64,000 nucleotides of DNA. Source: Batkoa obscura. Lineage: Eukaryota. Below the pieces are notes generated by a model, which worked only from the letters and a program-made list of their open reading frames with translations, was not told the origin of the DNA and searched no databases. Position numbers and translations under genes: made by a program. How positions within the stretch are numbered: the first letter of the stretch is position 1; the number at the start of each line of letters is the position of its first letter. This document shows, in pieces, positions 13,669 to 26,454 of this stretch. The stretch covers positions 434,001 through 498,000 of the forward strand of contig JASVEC010000027.1 of assembly GCA_030770535.1 (NCBI GenBank), in the 5' to 3' direction.

Positions 13669-14329
13669 TTAAAATCAATTTATAAATATTTTAAATAATT
13701 TAAATAATTTAAAAAATAAAATAAAAAGAATGAAATGAATTATGTGGTATTTATAATTAATATGTTTTTTTTAGGAGTAATTATTATTAATTCTTTGTAT
13801 ACTATAATTAGTATGGTGCTATAATACAAATAAGGTTTGTGTTCTTTTATTCTTTTATTTTTAAGACTGAATAAATTGTATCCCTTAGCTTATAATATGT
13901 ATAATAAATAAATAAAATAAAATAATTGAAAATAAAATAAAATGAAATATTTAAAAATTACAGATGTCTAAAAACTATTTGGTATTATATATACTTTTTT
14001 ACTCTAAAATTATGAGGTTTATCTTATCGGACAATAAATCGAAATTTTAAGTTAGGTATGAAATGCTTGAATTGAATTTATCCTCAATTTTTATTATGCT
14101 GCATAATTAGTTGGGTGGCTATTATTCAATCATGAGTAAAACTTGTTCTCTATTGAGAATAAACTTTTCAACCTTTTTTTAAAACATTAATGCCTATTCA
14201 AATAATAATATAAGGGATGCGATAGTTTATCTGAAATAAAGTAAAATATTGATGTGTTATATCGTTTACCTTTGAAAATGATTAGTATTCGATTTTTAGC
14301 TTATCTATTGAATTCAAGAATTAGTGTAT

Positions 14330-14422
14330 GAGGCTGTCTTTTTTTGGTTTCATCGCTTTTTCCATTTTTTAAGCGCTATTTGAGTGAAAAAGTTAGTAAA
14401 ATTCTTTAAAAAATATATCCCC
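14330..14422. mobile_element. MITE family A
   Basis: GAGG...CCCC termini, AAGCGCTA core. Confidence 0.85.
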
Positions 14423-14730
14423 ATATGAAGCTTTCACTTATTTAATTCACTGAAAATTAATAAATTGCCAAAGAAAAAAATTTTAAAATTAATTCAATTC
14501 AATTTTATAATTTATTTCTTTATAAACTGTTACTATTATTATTTAATAAGTAATTATAAATTTATGTACAATAGAAACATTCATACTTTTAACATAACTG
14601 ATGTAAATTATATACATATATTTATAATTTTAAATAACTATTTAAAATAAAATCTACTTCATTTTATAAAAAAAACAGTATACTACAAAACATAGTCTAT
14701 TATTTAGAAAAATTAGAAATCAATTGCAAT

Positions 14731-14812
14731 TGTCAACTGTGGGGTTCGAACCCACGCCTCTCTCGAGATTGCATCTTAAGTGCAACGCCTTAGACCGCTC
14801 GGCCAAATTGAC
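14731..14812 (-). tRNA. tRNA-Leu(UAA), second copy
   Basis: Exact reverse complement of 1853-1934. Confidence 0.96.
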
Positions 14813-15211
14813 GATATTATAGTGAAACTTATTATGTATTAATTATTTTAAAAGCTTATTTCAAATTTTATCCACTCTGAGTTTTGGTAAAAAGTGTGAA
14901 TTAATAACTAAGTACTACAAAAATACTTGCTTTTTTGCTTAACTTCATAGCCCATATTGTAACGTTTTTTTGTCCAGTTTAATAGTTTTTTAAATTTCAC
15001 GCTATATACGAAATGGACAAAAAAAGTGAGAGAAAATCTTATTTTTAATTTTGGCCAAGCTTTTAAACTTAACTATATACAACTAAAAACATGCCTATGT
15101 AAAAATTTGCCTTGTTTTTAAAACTTATAGATCTTATGTTTTTTAAAAAAAGTCTGTTTTTATTTAAAAGAGTTTAAAATTGAAAATGTGGAATTTCTAT
15201 AAAGTTAGTAT

Positions 15212-15310
15212 GGATATGTATTTTTTTGTTTAAGAATTTTACTAACAATCTTTCCACTCAAATAGCGCTTAAAAAAAATCGAAAAAGTGATGAAACTAAA
15301 AAACAGCCCT
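15212..15310. mobile_element. MITE family A
   Basis: TAGCGCTT core, slightly decayed TIRs. Confidence 0.85.
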
Positions 15311-15591
15311 ATATTTTTAATTACAAGAGTTCAATTAAATAATTTAAAAAAAATTAGAGCAAAAAATTAAAGTTCAAATAATAATTAATTAATATTAAAA
15401 ACGAATTTATTTGTGCAAGCTTTATTTTAAATTTAGTCAAAAAATAATAATAAATAATACAAAAGCAATGTTTATTTATTTGTTTTGATTTTTTTTTAAA
15501 TTTTCGTTTAAATTTATTTTTTTAATAGTTTTAATAAAATTTTATTAATAATTAATAACTTACTTAGGTTTTGTTCTATTTTTATAGTTAT

Positions 15592-15690
15592 GAGGGTGTT
15601 TTTTTTGGCTTTATTACTTTTTCCATCTTTTAAGCGCTATTTGAGTGAAAAAGTTGTTAGTAAAATTCTTAAGCACAAAAATACATCCCC
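15592..15690. mobile_element. MITE family A
   Basis: GAGGGTG...CATCCCC. Confidence 0.9.
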
Positions 15691-16151
15691 ATTTAATGAA
15701 TTGCATCTCACTTTAATAGATTGGGAATGTGACTTCCTTATTGGATATATATACAACTAATTGAGTTACCATCTCGCTTTATTGATATATATATGAAATC
15801 ATTCTAAAACCTCTGCTTGGAATTTCATTTTTATTGAGCCAAACTAATTGCCGTTGTATATTAAAGCTCGTTTTAAGGGCAGGGCCTCAAATTAATAGAT
15901 AGCGGTTATGTTCTATAGAAATCTGCTAATGTTTGAAAATTAAAAAATTGAATCTTTTTTTAGCCTGTAATAAATTTAAAGTTTTGATCATATCTTAATG
16001 GTAAATAATCAAATTAACATTAAACTTTATATGTGTATTAATCGTAGCTTAAGGTTATACTTACGTAAAAAGATTTCTATATTATAGTACTAGCTGCTTT
16101 ATTATATGGGGGTATCCGAATTGGTTTCATTTTTTTATCCAATTTTTAAAT

Positions 16152-16249
16152 GGGGATGTATTTTTGTGCTTAAGAATTTTACTAACAACTTTTTCACTCA
16201 AATAGCGCTTAAAAGATGGAAAAAGTAATAAAGCCAAAAAAACGCCCCC
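16152..16249. mobile_element. MITE family A nested in the transposon end
   Basis: AAAT duplicated on both sides. The empty site is visible in the related element near 42190. Confidence 0.9.
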
Positions 16250-16742
16250 AAATATTTTATATTTTAAAAACTTTACTTGAAATTCTATAAAAATAAACTC
16301 TTTATTAAAAAGCAAAAGTACCCGATACAGTTTAAATTATTTTATTGTAATTTGTATTGTAAGTTAGCAAAATTTATACTAAATTTAACATAAATTCCCG
16401 GACTAGCAAGGCTTTGCTAATATAACTTATACATTGATATTGATTAAAGTTGTAGTATGTAAATAAATGCATATTCCTATAAAACTTCATTGAGAAATCT
16501 TTATCATTGACTGCTTTATAGCCAACATTTCAGATCTGCTATCAAATAAATAAATTATTTTAATGTTATGATTACATTATTAATACATCGCTGAGTTAAT
16601 AAATAGCTGCATAGGAAGGGAGTCGTTAGCTCCAAAACTATAATTAACTATCCATATATAATACAAGCGGTGTAATAATAGTTTTTACTTATCATTACAA
16701 CTACTTGCTCTTTGACTATTTATTAACTTAGCTATCAATAAT

Positions 16743-18984
16743 TTAAATAATATCAACATTTAATAATTGATTTCTATCATCTAATAAGCTACTTGCTTGC
16801 TTACTAAATATTGAAACTTTTAAATTTTCAGTTACTTTTATAAGATAAGCTGGAATTGATCTTTTAATTTTTCTATTTTCTATAGACTCCATAACTTTAA
16901 TTGGAATTATATCACTTTTTTTTTGATCTATCAGATATTCGATAACAGTGTAGTTTATTATCACGTTTAATAAAATGTAAATACTTTTTAATACTTTGTA
17001 TTTTTATCATTTTTATCATTTTTATTATTTTTATTATATTTTTGTTTCTTTCATACTTTTTAAAAATTATATTTGTTTTCCGATTATTGACAGTTAAGTT
17101 ATTAATTCTATTATGTCCACAAATAAAAATCTCGAATTTTGAAATTAATTGATCAATGTCTTCTATTTTACCTAATGCTTCAAAACTATTTTTCCACTGT
17201 GAATGATTTCCAAAATGTCCGTCAACTATACTTTTTCCATGATGCTCAGCAAAAAAATTAAGATCAATATTTAAATTATTATTTATTTTATAAGTTTCTT
17301 CAAATATATAATGTAAAAACTCTTGAGATTTAAAATGATATCCTGTATCTGCCCATATATTAATTTTTGTAAACTTTTTAAATAAAGGCTCTTTAGATAT
17401 TAAATCAATTAAACAATCTCCTGCATATGCTGAATCATGATTTGATATTTCAGATAAATAATCAAAATAAACTTTCCCTATTGTTTCGTCATTTTTTAAA
17501 TATAAACATCAAACTTTAATACTGATACAACTTGTTTATTATAATGATCTAAATTTATTGTATCTGATCTTGTTCCTATTTCCATATTTTGTTTAAAGTC
17601 TAAAATTATTATACAACTTTTATTATTTAGTTTTTTAATAGTTTCATCAAATATATTTTGAGTATCAATACAAAATTCATGTAATTTATATAACCTTTTT
17701 TCTTTATTAAAAGATTCCTCTATCTCTACTTTATTTTTTATCGCTGTATTTATTTTATTTTCAAATAACTTTTTTCTAACTTTATACTGGGCACATATAT
17801 TACATAAATCTGTTTTTTTTGCTGGATTTTTAAAATTATTTGGTATATATTTAAAAAATGTTGATCTAGCTACTACTTTATCTTTTAAATCATTAAAATA
17901 TTTACTATATATCATTCTTCTACTTTTATTTAATATATATTGTTTGATAAATATCTATTGTCATTATTTTCTTTTATTAAATCTTGATGAAATAGTTAAA
18001 TTATTAAATAAATATTGTATGATAATTTTAATTTGCTTATCTTTGTGAAAGTTGGTACTTAGTGGTAGGAGTTAAAAGCAGTTCTTGATTGATTAACTTG
18101 CCTTGAGTCGAAAGATCTTAGTTTATATAACTAAGATAGACTTAAATGGATAAGAATAACACGTAATAAGTTACGAACTATGTAAAACAAATAGAATAGA
18201 CAATACTACTGTAAAATCTACGTAAAAAGTTGTCAGAAAGACTTAGTGGCTTTATTAATAGTACGATATCAGGGAGTAATTCAGTTAAAAAGCCTCGAGT
18301 TATCATGTTGAAGAATCTCTTTTATACTCCAATAAATATGGATATTAAAACAAGAGGATGTTATTCCTTGCAATATTAAGTTAGAAATCCTCGCAGCAAA
18401 TCAAAATAAAGGACTCTGACTTGATTGTATTTGAACTTGAGAACACAACAACTTAAGTGATTGTTGTGTTATAATCAATTCGAGAGCTAAATAAAGCAAT
18501 ATTTCACATCTTTAGTTTTTTTTGTATTTTTAATAATAGGTTGTAATATTGGTATTTTATTATTACTAGTTATTTTTAAATAATCATATTGATTTCTACT
18601 TATATTAAGTCCAAAACTTTTACATTCATCAAAAGAATATACTGAAGCTATAGTTAATAATAATGCTACTTGTTGGTTTTTATTTCCTGTTTTCTTTAAA
18701 GCACTAATTTTATACATTGCTTGATTAAGTTTGCTACTATTAATAGTAAACTTTAATAACTTTTCTTTTCTTTTTTTTGTTTTATTATAAAATTCCATAA
18801 ACTTTGGGCTATTGTGAATAGTTGTTAAAATTGATATAAATGAATTACAATGTTTATATAATGTGCTTCTCCCTACCGTATTAAAATTTTTAGAAATTCC
18901 ATTTCGAAGTTTAGTTGTAAAAGCTTGCATTTTGGTTTTATTTTTTAATAAAAAATAAAGCCAAATAACTATATACTTATACAT
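16743..18984 (-). pseudogene. DDD-type transposase pseudogene (Sola2-like)
   Basis: ORF pieces 18984-18487, 17915-17496 (TDLCNIC, IILDFKQN) and 16964-16743. A frameshifted segment at ~17490-17050 reads HDSAYAGDCL...IWADTGYHFKSQEF...NFFAEHHGKSIVDGHFG. Interrupted at 18044-18508. Confidence 0.8.
18044..18508 (+). mobile_element. Solo-LTR-like element
   Basis: TGTGAAA...TTTCACA termini, 4-bp TSD TCTT, AATAAA near the 3' end. Confidence 0.85.
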
Positions 18985-19024
18985 TATATATCTATTGAAC
19001 GTTTAATAAAAAAATATAAAACAT

Positions 19025-19381
19025 TGTGGAATATCGTTTCATCAGTTCTATGATTGATTATCGCATAATAATGACTTAACTTGTTTACAAAACTAGTTGG
19101 AGTATAAAAGAGATTCTTTAATATAATAGCTTGAGGCCTTTTAATTCAATTGTCCCCTAATATTGTACTTTTAATAAAGTCAGTAACTCTTATAGTATTT
19201 TACGTAGATTTTACAGTAGTATCTTCTATTCTATTTATTTTACATAGTTTGTAACTTATTACGTACTATTCCTATTAATTTATGCCTATCTTAGTTACAT
19301 AAACTAAGACCTTTCGACTTACGGCCAGTTAGTTAAGCTAGAACTACTTTTAACTCCAATCACCGAGTACCAACTTTCACA
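19025..19381 (-). mobile_element. Solo-LTR-like element, internally deleted and diverged
   Basis: TGTGGAA...TTTCACA termini, homologous to 18044-18508. TSD is not clean. Confidence 0.75.
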
Positions 19382-20526
19382 AACGTATAATTAAAAAAAT
19401 AAAATAAATAAAATAAGTCTTAAGTTAAATTTTAAATTTAGTTAATCATATATTAAAGACTTACAAATTTAAAAACTTAAAACTTGGATCAATTTCTAAT
19501 TAAATTCTGAAACCAATTCCGACACCTCCATATCTTATTTTAGTTTATTTTAAAGTAATCAGGAGGGTAGTTTTATTTTTTTATATCTTCAAATATAAGT
19601 ATTCATTTAATTTAAAACTTGGGAAGTATATTAAATAAGATCCGTAAATTATATTCGTATAAAAAAATTTGTATATTAATTTGTTGTTTCTTTATTTTTG
19701 CTTTTGTTTTTGAACTTTTTGCTCACTCTCCTAGAAATTCTTTAAAAAGTCGAAATCCTTTAAATATTATATACAAATTATTATCCAATGAAGAAAGAGT
19801 CATATCTTTATTAAAAATACAATGACTTTATTAAAAAGATTTATAAATAATCTTATTTATTGTTTAAATTTTATCTTTAACTTTAGAAACTAAAATACCA
19901 TGTGCTTATTTGACTATTAAACATAATTTACATCAGTTTTAAATACATGGATAGGAAATAAATTGATAGATAATAAATCTATACAACTCCAAAGTCTTAT
20001 TATTTTGATGATTTATGACGTTTCTCACTATAAAGTTTGTTTTAATAAAAGCTGATTTTTTATAGGCCCAAAAGCCGAATATAATGGTTCCTATCATTCT
20101 TAAAATATACTTACTCTAATAATAAAATTAATTAAAAAAAGTTAATATTACGATTATTCTTGTTAAACTTTAATTTTAATAACACAGGTGAGGAGTAAGC
20201 TCTAAAATAGTGCAAATTTTTTACGCTAGAAATATAGTTAATTATAAAATCCAGTATCAGAGCGCATTTAACTAAAAAGAGGGGTCTTTTTTTAAATAAT
20301 AAACTATATTAATAAATAAGGTTTGATAAATAGTTTGCGTCATATTATTATAATATCATCGTACATCTGTCAATTACTTATTAACACTCGATAATTACAT
20401 AAAATGTAGAATAAGGGGATATATAATAGAAAGAGGCATGAAATGATTATTTTTAAATTCTAATATAATTTATTAATTGTATGTATTTAGTAATACATAT
20501 TCCAAAAAGAAGGTAGTCATATTTTA

Positions 20527-20753
20527 ATTTACTAAATTTGGAGTCCTCCGAAGAACATAAGATCCTAAATTTTCTTTTTTAAAATTATATGAATTCTATT
20601 ACATAATAAATCGAACCGTAGCATGATTTACCAAATTTGGAGCCCTCCGAAGAAAGAATTGGTTTTGAATTTAAGTTTATAAAGTTTTATAAAGTTTTAT
20701 TTGACAAAGACATTCAACATACTATAATTTACCAAATTAAGTACCCACCGAGA
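20527..20753. repeat. Three ~29-bp direct repeats at ~100-bp spacing
   Basis: ATTTACYAAATTTGGAGYCCTCCGAAGAA at 20527 and 20626, degenerate copy at 20727. Confidence 0.75.
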
Positions 20754-21687
20754 GGGTAGCATCATCAAACTTTATTTATGTAAAAGGTTATCAATCTGAT
20801 GCTCTGTTTTTATTGTCCGCGTTTTTTTAACATTCACTTTTGGAACCTTAATCATTCCTTTTATTGTAATTAAAGAAGAATGAGAACCCAAGTTGTTTTT
20901 AAAAATCCCTGAATAAAAGATTAATGGAGTTTAAGTATTATATCCACAGCCCTTATAGCTTAATATGTATAATATCATATGTATGGGCTATGATATTGCT
21001 ATAAAAAGCAATAAAATACCAAGTCACACCTATTGGTGTAAAACATAACCTACAAATTGATTTTTAATTTACATGTAAAAATTCGAATTTGGTATGATAT
21101 TTTTTATATGACTAGTATTAAAATTTTGTCATCTTAGGATACAAGTAGTAATCTAGAACTGTTCATTTATCTTCAGGTAAAATTTTAAGATGTTGGAAAA
21201 ATTCAATAATTATTTCAAGACGTTTTGTCTGTTTAAAGAGATATATCAGTCGAAACTGTTAGATAGTTTATTAAAATAACTACAAGTAATTTTTTTTGGT
21301 CTTTAAATCAAATATAATGATCCTGCTTTACCTGATATTTCTTTACTCGATATAAAAGAGTATTATTATAAAAACTTGTGATTATGTAAGTATTTTGAGC
21401 TTTGCATAATTTCGTAAGGTTTTAAATTCAATTTTAAACTCCGTTAAATAAATTGTGCTAAGTTCATGCTAAACTATCAATGTAATTTAGGTTTTGTTTC
21501 CGAGTATTTCTTTTAATAGTCTTTTAAGCTTATTGATTCATTTAGTATGTTCATTCTTTTGCCAACATTTTAACTTTTATACAACCTAGTTTTAGATACT
21601 TAGTTATTTGTCCCATAACTAGGATCAAAGTTTACTAACCACGAATATTAGCTAAGCAATCAATAAAGTGGTACAAGTTTGTTTTTC

Positions 21688-21862
21688 TAAAAAAACGATG
21701 ATTTCATAGTTAACAAGCATAGATCATGGATTTAAATTACTCTAAAACCAATCATTTTATTAACTGATTTTAAAAAATGATGATTTCATAATTAACAAGC
21801 ATAGATCATGAATTTAAATTACTCTAAAGCCAATCATTTTATTAACTGATTTTAAAAAATGA
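21688..21862. repeat. Tandem duplication, 82-bp unit x2
   Basis: GATGATTTCATARTTAACAAGCATAGATCATG...TTAACTGATTTTAAAAAATGA occurs twice with few mismatches. Confidence 0.9.
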
Positions 21863-21983
21863 GGTTGGTGTTAACTTGACAATGTAATGAAAAAAAGTAA
21901 TAACTAAATGAGATTATAGTAAATTTTAAACAGTAAATACATTTATTAATTTCAAAAGATAAAGAGATTTAAATAACCAGCGC

Positions 21984-22622
21984 TCATTGATTGAGCTTAC
22001 AATCCACATGTGAAGCCAAAATCATTTTGATATTTAAAATTTCATTTTTAAGTTCACTTATTTTATCTGACAATATATGGTTTTCATTTTCTACTCTTTT
22101 TACTTCTTCTTCCCTCATCAAAAGCCATTCCTTCTTCTTTTGGCGACATTTAGCTGCTGACTTACGGTTCCTTGCTTTTAAAAGTTCATGTTGTGATTCA
22201 TAACTGTTGGTCATTTCATCACTCAATAATGTTACAGACGATTGCGAAGTGATACTTTCTTTTCTTTTATTGTTATATGAAATCCTCCTAGGAAGCTTTA
22301 TAAGGGATTTAAAACTTTCTTCAAATGGGTTTGGTTCCGAGCCTTTCGCTACTTTTGATTTAAAACAAGCTTCAAAAGGATTTATTTCGTATTCTTTTGT
22401 CCTAGAAGACATCTCGGAGAAAAGAGACATGGTGGAATCTGAAGTCTCGGTGCTTATTGCCAGACATTCTGGTTCATCATAAATAGGGTGATTAAAATTA
22501 ATTACATTGGGTTCATTCTTTATCATATAGTGAAGACCCATGGTGTTACTATCGACGCTACTGCCATTGGGATAAAATAAATAGTTCTCTTCTGGAATGA
22601 GTGGGCAAATGTTTTCAGCCAT
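21984..22622 (-). CDS. Atf1/ATF2-family bZIP transcription factor (paralog 1)
   Basis: RNRKSAAKCRQKKKEW basic region, zipper ending ILASHVDC, two NPFE motifs. Confidence 0.9.
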   Translation of the reverse strand: MAENICPLIPEENYLFYPNGSSVDSNTMGLHYMIKNEPNVINFNHPIYDEPECLAISTETSDSTMSLFSEMSSRTKEYEINPFEACFKSKVAKGSEPNPFEESFKSLIKLPRRISYNNKRKESITSQSSVTLLSDEMTNSYESQHELLKARNRKSAAKCRQKKKEWLLMREEEVKRVENENHILSDKISELKNEILNIKMILASHVDCKLNQ

Positions 22623-23041
22623 CTTGATGGTTTCAAATTAGTTTTTCTAAATTTCCATATTGCTCCTTAAATACTTTTCGTTTTTATTCAAATAAATTCC
22701 AGATTAGCTTAATGAATAAAGTTATCTCTATGATATCATACATTTATAGTATACACTCCTTTAAGTTTTAATTTGGTATTTTGTATATTCTGTTAACATT
22801 TTAAAGTAAAAATAATTATTTATTTAATTAATTTGATTGATTATTATACAATATAAAAGATAACATAACTAACCCGACCTCATGTATCTATTTGTGTGTA
22901 TGTATACATAACATACAGTATACCTTGTATCCATATATAATAGCTTATTATAGTGTAATGAATAGACTTATAGACTGTCAGTAATAGTCGATCTTGATAT
23001 AATTATAGCATTTTAGGACCTTGGAGAAGATTCTGGGCTCC

Positions 23042-23060
23042 TCGGAGTTAGGATATACAT
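23042..23060 (-). promoter_or_regulatory. Conserved upstream motif of bZIP paralog 1
   Basis: ATGTATATCCTAACTCCGA on the minus strand, ~430 bp upstream of the ATG. 18/19 identical to 25990-26008. Confidence 0.55.
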
Positions 23061-25106
23061 CTCAATATAGTACAAAATTGATTTTTTTTAACAAATGAAA
23101 TTTTAAAGTTCGTTTTTATCACATGATCACGCGTATGATTGAGTTTTAATCCAGGTATAAAATAAATTTAAATGGAAAGTCGTTAAGCTTATCCTCTTAA
23201 ATAAGATGTGGAAAATTAGGATGATAAAGATAAAAAGATGTATGAAAATGGTGAAAAGCAGGTTAACGTAATTATTATGCTCAAAGTATGAAGCTATTTT
23301 TATACAACATACTTTAAGGGATTTATAAGAATTAATTGATTCTTTTGTTTATTAGTACAAGTAAATAATAAAGTTTGTTTTTGAAACAAATATTTTTAAG
23401 CTAAATGATGTTTGATAAATATATTATTTTGTTCTATTTTTAAAGATTGGCTGTTAATTTAAATAAATGATTAATTTAGAAAAATCATGTAACCTTGATA
23501 TTTTAATATCTTAGTTTTAAAAGTTGAAATCCTAGCCAACTATTTATTTTAAACGCAGGGCCATGAAAACTAATTTTATAAAAAGTAATGTTACATCGTG
23601 GTGCCATTTTGGTTAAGTCGGAATTTGAAATACAGACGCTACTAGATGATAATATAATAGAACAGGTAATAGCATAATTCAATCAGATCGATCTCTGTGA
23701 TTTTAACGCTGCTTCTTTTTTCTCGATCTTGATACCCTCTTAAAGAAATTTTGCAGCAATCTTATAATAAAAAGTTATGCTATAAAATGCACATTCCCAA
23801 GGATAATATAATAAAAAGTGGTGCTATATGAAACTAATAAAATAATGGGCTTATATCTAAATTCTAGTGAACAAAACGCAAATATTTTGATTATGTTTAA
23901 AGAGTACACAATAAATCAATCTATAGAATCTCAAATACTGACCATTAGTTTTTGTTATCTAATATATGTATTTTTTTTAAATTTTATAATATATTTTACT
24001 AGTTTAAAAGTAGCAGCTATAATTAATTTCTCCACACATTATTAACTCAAAATCAGTTCTTGTACATTTCTTCTTTTTTTTGCCAACAGTCCTTTAACAT
24101 ATCCTAAATAGGACCCCTGAATTCACTTAATAAAGTTGCACTTTTATTTCATTACTTTGGGGGTATTTATTATTATTTTTTCTATAATAATAGTAATGGT
24201 ATGAACTAAGTATTTAACTGTTTGATGATGTCTGTCTATTAATTATGTACAAAAGTCTATTTGCTTTTATTTCATATTCTATTCTCTTAACTTTTATATA
24301 TCAAATTTGAGTTTTAATTAATTATAATATTTTCTTCAGAAACTCAAAAGCTTAATTATAAATTAATTTAAATTGGTCAAAATAAACCATTTTTAGACAA
24401 TAATTATGAAATCATAAACAAAGGATTAACTTCGTTTTAACCAACTTTTTATGTATTTTTAATAAACAATAAATATACTTATAACTTAAATGAAATAACA
24501 TGATGGTAACTTATTTGATTTATTTAATTATATTTATTATTTCAAGACTAGGTCTCAGTCAAAGTTTTTTAAACACATTTTGAAGAGTTCGTAAAATTAA
24601 AAATTAAAAACCCTTAATAACCTTTTCACGGAGCAGTCCTTAAATAGAAATTAATTTGAGGTTAAAAGTAAAATTAAAGTATTAATTTTGGCGGGATGCT
24701 GACTATAATTGGTATTTACATAACGCAATTTTTTGGTTTATAATATTTCAACTGTTATTTTAACTAGATTTTCTTATTTAGAGAAGCGTTTATACCTTTT
24801 AGAAAAATATATAACTTTGAAGGTTTAAAATTGCATGCGAAAAATCGCTAAAAAATTAAATAAAATACTAGATAATATTTGTAGTCTTTTGTTTAGTCTT
24901 TTATTTAGTCTTTTGCTTGTAATTGTATATTTATCGGAGTTATATATTTTTCCAAAAGTTTTGTGTGAATAAAATTAGGCTAAAAAACTTCTATTTCTTA
25001 AAACCACTATCTGGAGTTTACTAAAAAAATCACTTTATAGAAAAGACACATGATAGTTATCATGTTTCATTTTACATATTCTTTATTTAATTTTAAAGCT
25101 AAATAT

Positions 25107-25201
25107 GGGGATGTTTTTTTTAGCTTCATTATTTTTTCCATTTTTTAAGCGCTATTGAGCGGAAAAATTGTTAGTAAAATTCTTAAAAAAAATACATCCC
25201 C
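25107..25201. mobile_element. MITE family A
   Basis: GGGGATG...CATCCCC, ATAT flanks. Confidence 0.9.
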
Positions 25202-25989
25202 ATATATTAAAACTCAATAAATAATTTCCTAATAGATTTATAGTCAATGCCAAAATTCATTTTTTTACAATTTTTATTAAATAAATTAGCTGAATTTAAC
25301 ATTTTGATTATCTTGAAATTAACAAAATTTGATTAAAAAAGTGCAATGGGATTTTATGTTAGTTTAAAACTAACATGAAAATTACTTCAATATTGGCTGT
25401 CTTAATAATTAGTATATAAAGTTGATATATAATCGTTAAATAAATAATGTAAAGTTTGATTTAATAGTTACTATTAGCCTTTAATAAAATATCAGATCAG
25501 GCTTTAAATTAGATTTACTGTGAAATTATCTTTTATATGAATCTATATAAATTTATATAATTATTATTGTATATCAATAATTAAAACAAACTTTATGAGA
25601 ATAGATTCAGTCAACTTTTGGAGCCTAAATTATATTATTATATTTATTACAAATTTATAATACTCAAGGAAAGTGATCAATTTACTTCTATTGAATAAAG
25701 TGTATGAAATAATAGTAATTAATTAGCTTGGTGACAAAATAAACCCTAGGAAGCTTATAATGATGAAAAATAATACTAACAACAAAATAAAATATAGCCA
25801 ATAAAAAGACTTTGAATCGAAATTTTATGAGAGAAATTTCGATCTCGATGACTTTTTTTATTGATTTTATATTTAGAGATTGTGTAAATTAATAGATTTA
25901 GACTTTAAAATAAACCTTTCAATCGCAATTCCTTTAAATAGTTTAATTTTACAAACGAATTTGCATACAAAATTGATTTTATTAAAAGC

Positions 25990-26008
25990 ATGTATTTCCT
26001 AACTCCGA
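25990..26008 (+). promoter_or_regulatory. Conserved upstream motif of bZIP paralog 2
   Basis: ATGTATTTCCTAACTCCGA, ~455 bp upstream of the ATG. Confidence 0.55.
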
Positions 26009-26454
26009 ATTTTTTGAAGTTTGACTAATTAAACTTTTTAATAAAATTGATATGTATCAAGTGTTGAATGCATATCTAAAGAAAAAATATATAGTCAATA
26101 ACTGAAATCGTATTAGCTCAAGAGAGTATAATAATTATTTATATCATTTACAATAGTTATGTTACTTGACTATGATATTATGTATTTCAAACTAAAACAT
26201 TTTAAGAATGCTGAGCTAAAATTTTAAAACTTACAGATATAGTAATTTCTCTGCCATCTCTTGATCGATCTGTATGGGTAAAAATCGTAGAAATATTTGG
26301 GAAGGTATAAAAAATGGCTAATACTCTTGATTAAATTTTAATCATTGAAATCATTTATTTTCCTCAACTAATCAGCTGTGCATAAAAAATAACAAACTAA
26401 AAAGTATATAAAGAGCTTAATAGACCACTATAATTTAAATTAATTTTTAAAAAT

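Larger units (their letters stand above)
16108..19529 (-). mobile_element. Decayed Sola2-like DNA transposon with nested insertions
   Basis: TIRs GGGGGTATCCGAATTGGTTTCA / TGAAACCAATTCCGACACCTCC, ATAT on both flanks, transposase remnants inside. Confidence 0.85.

Noticed and set aside
20527..20753. CRISPR array
   Set aside because: Only three degenerate units, ~70-bp partly related spacers, eukaryotic context and no cas genes.
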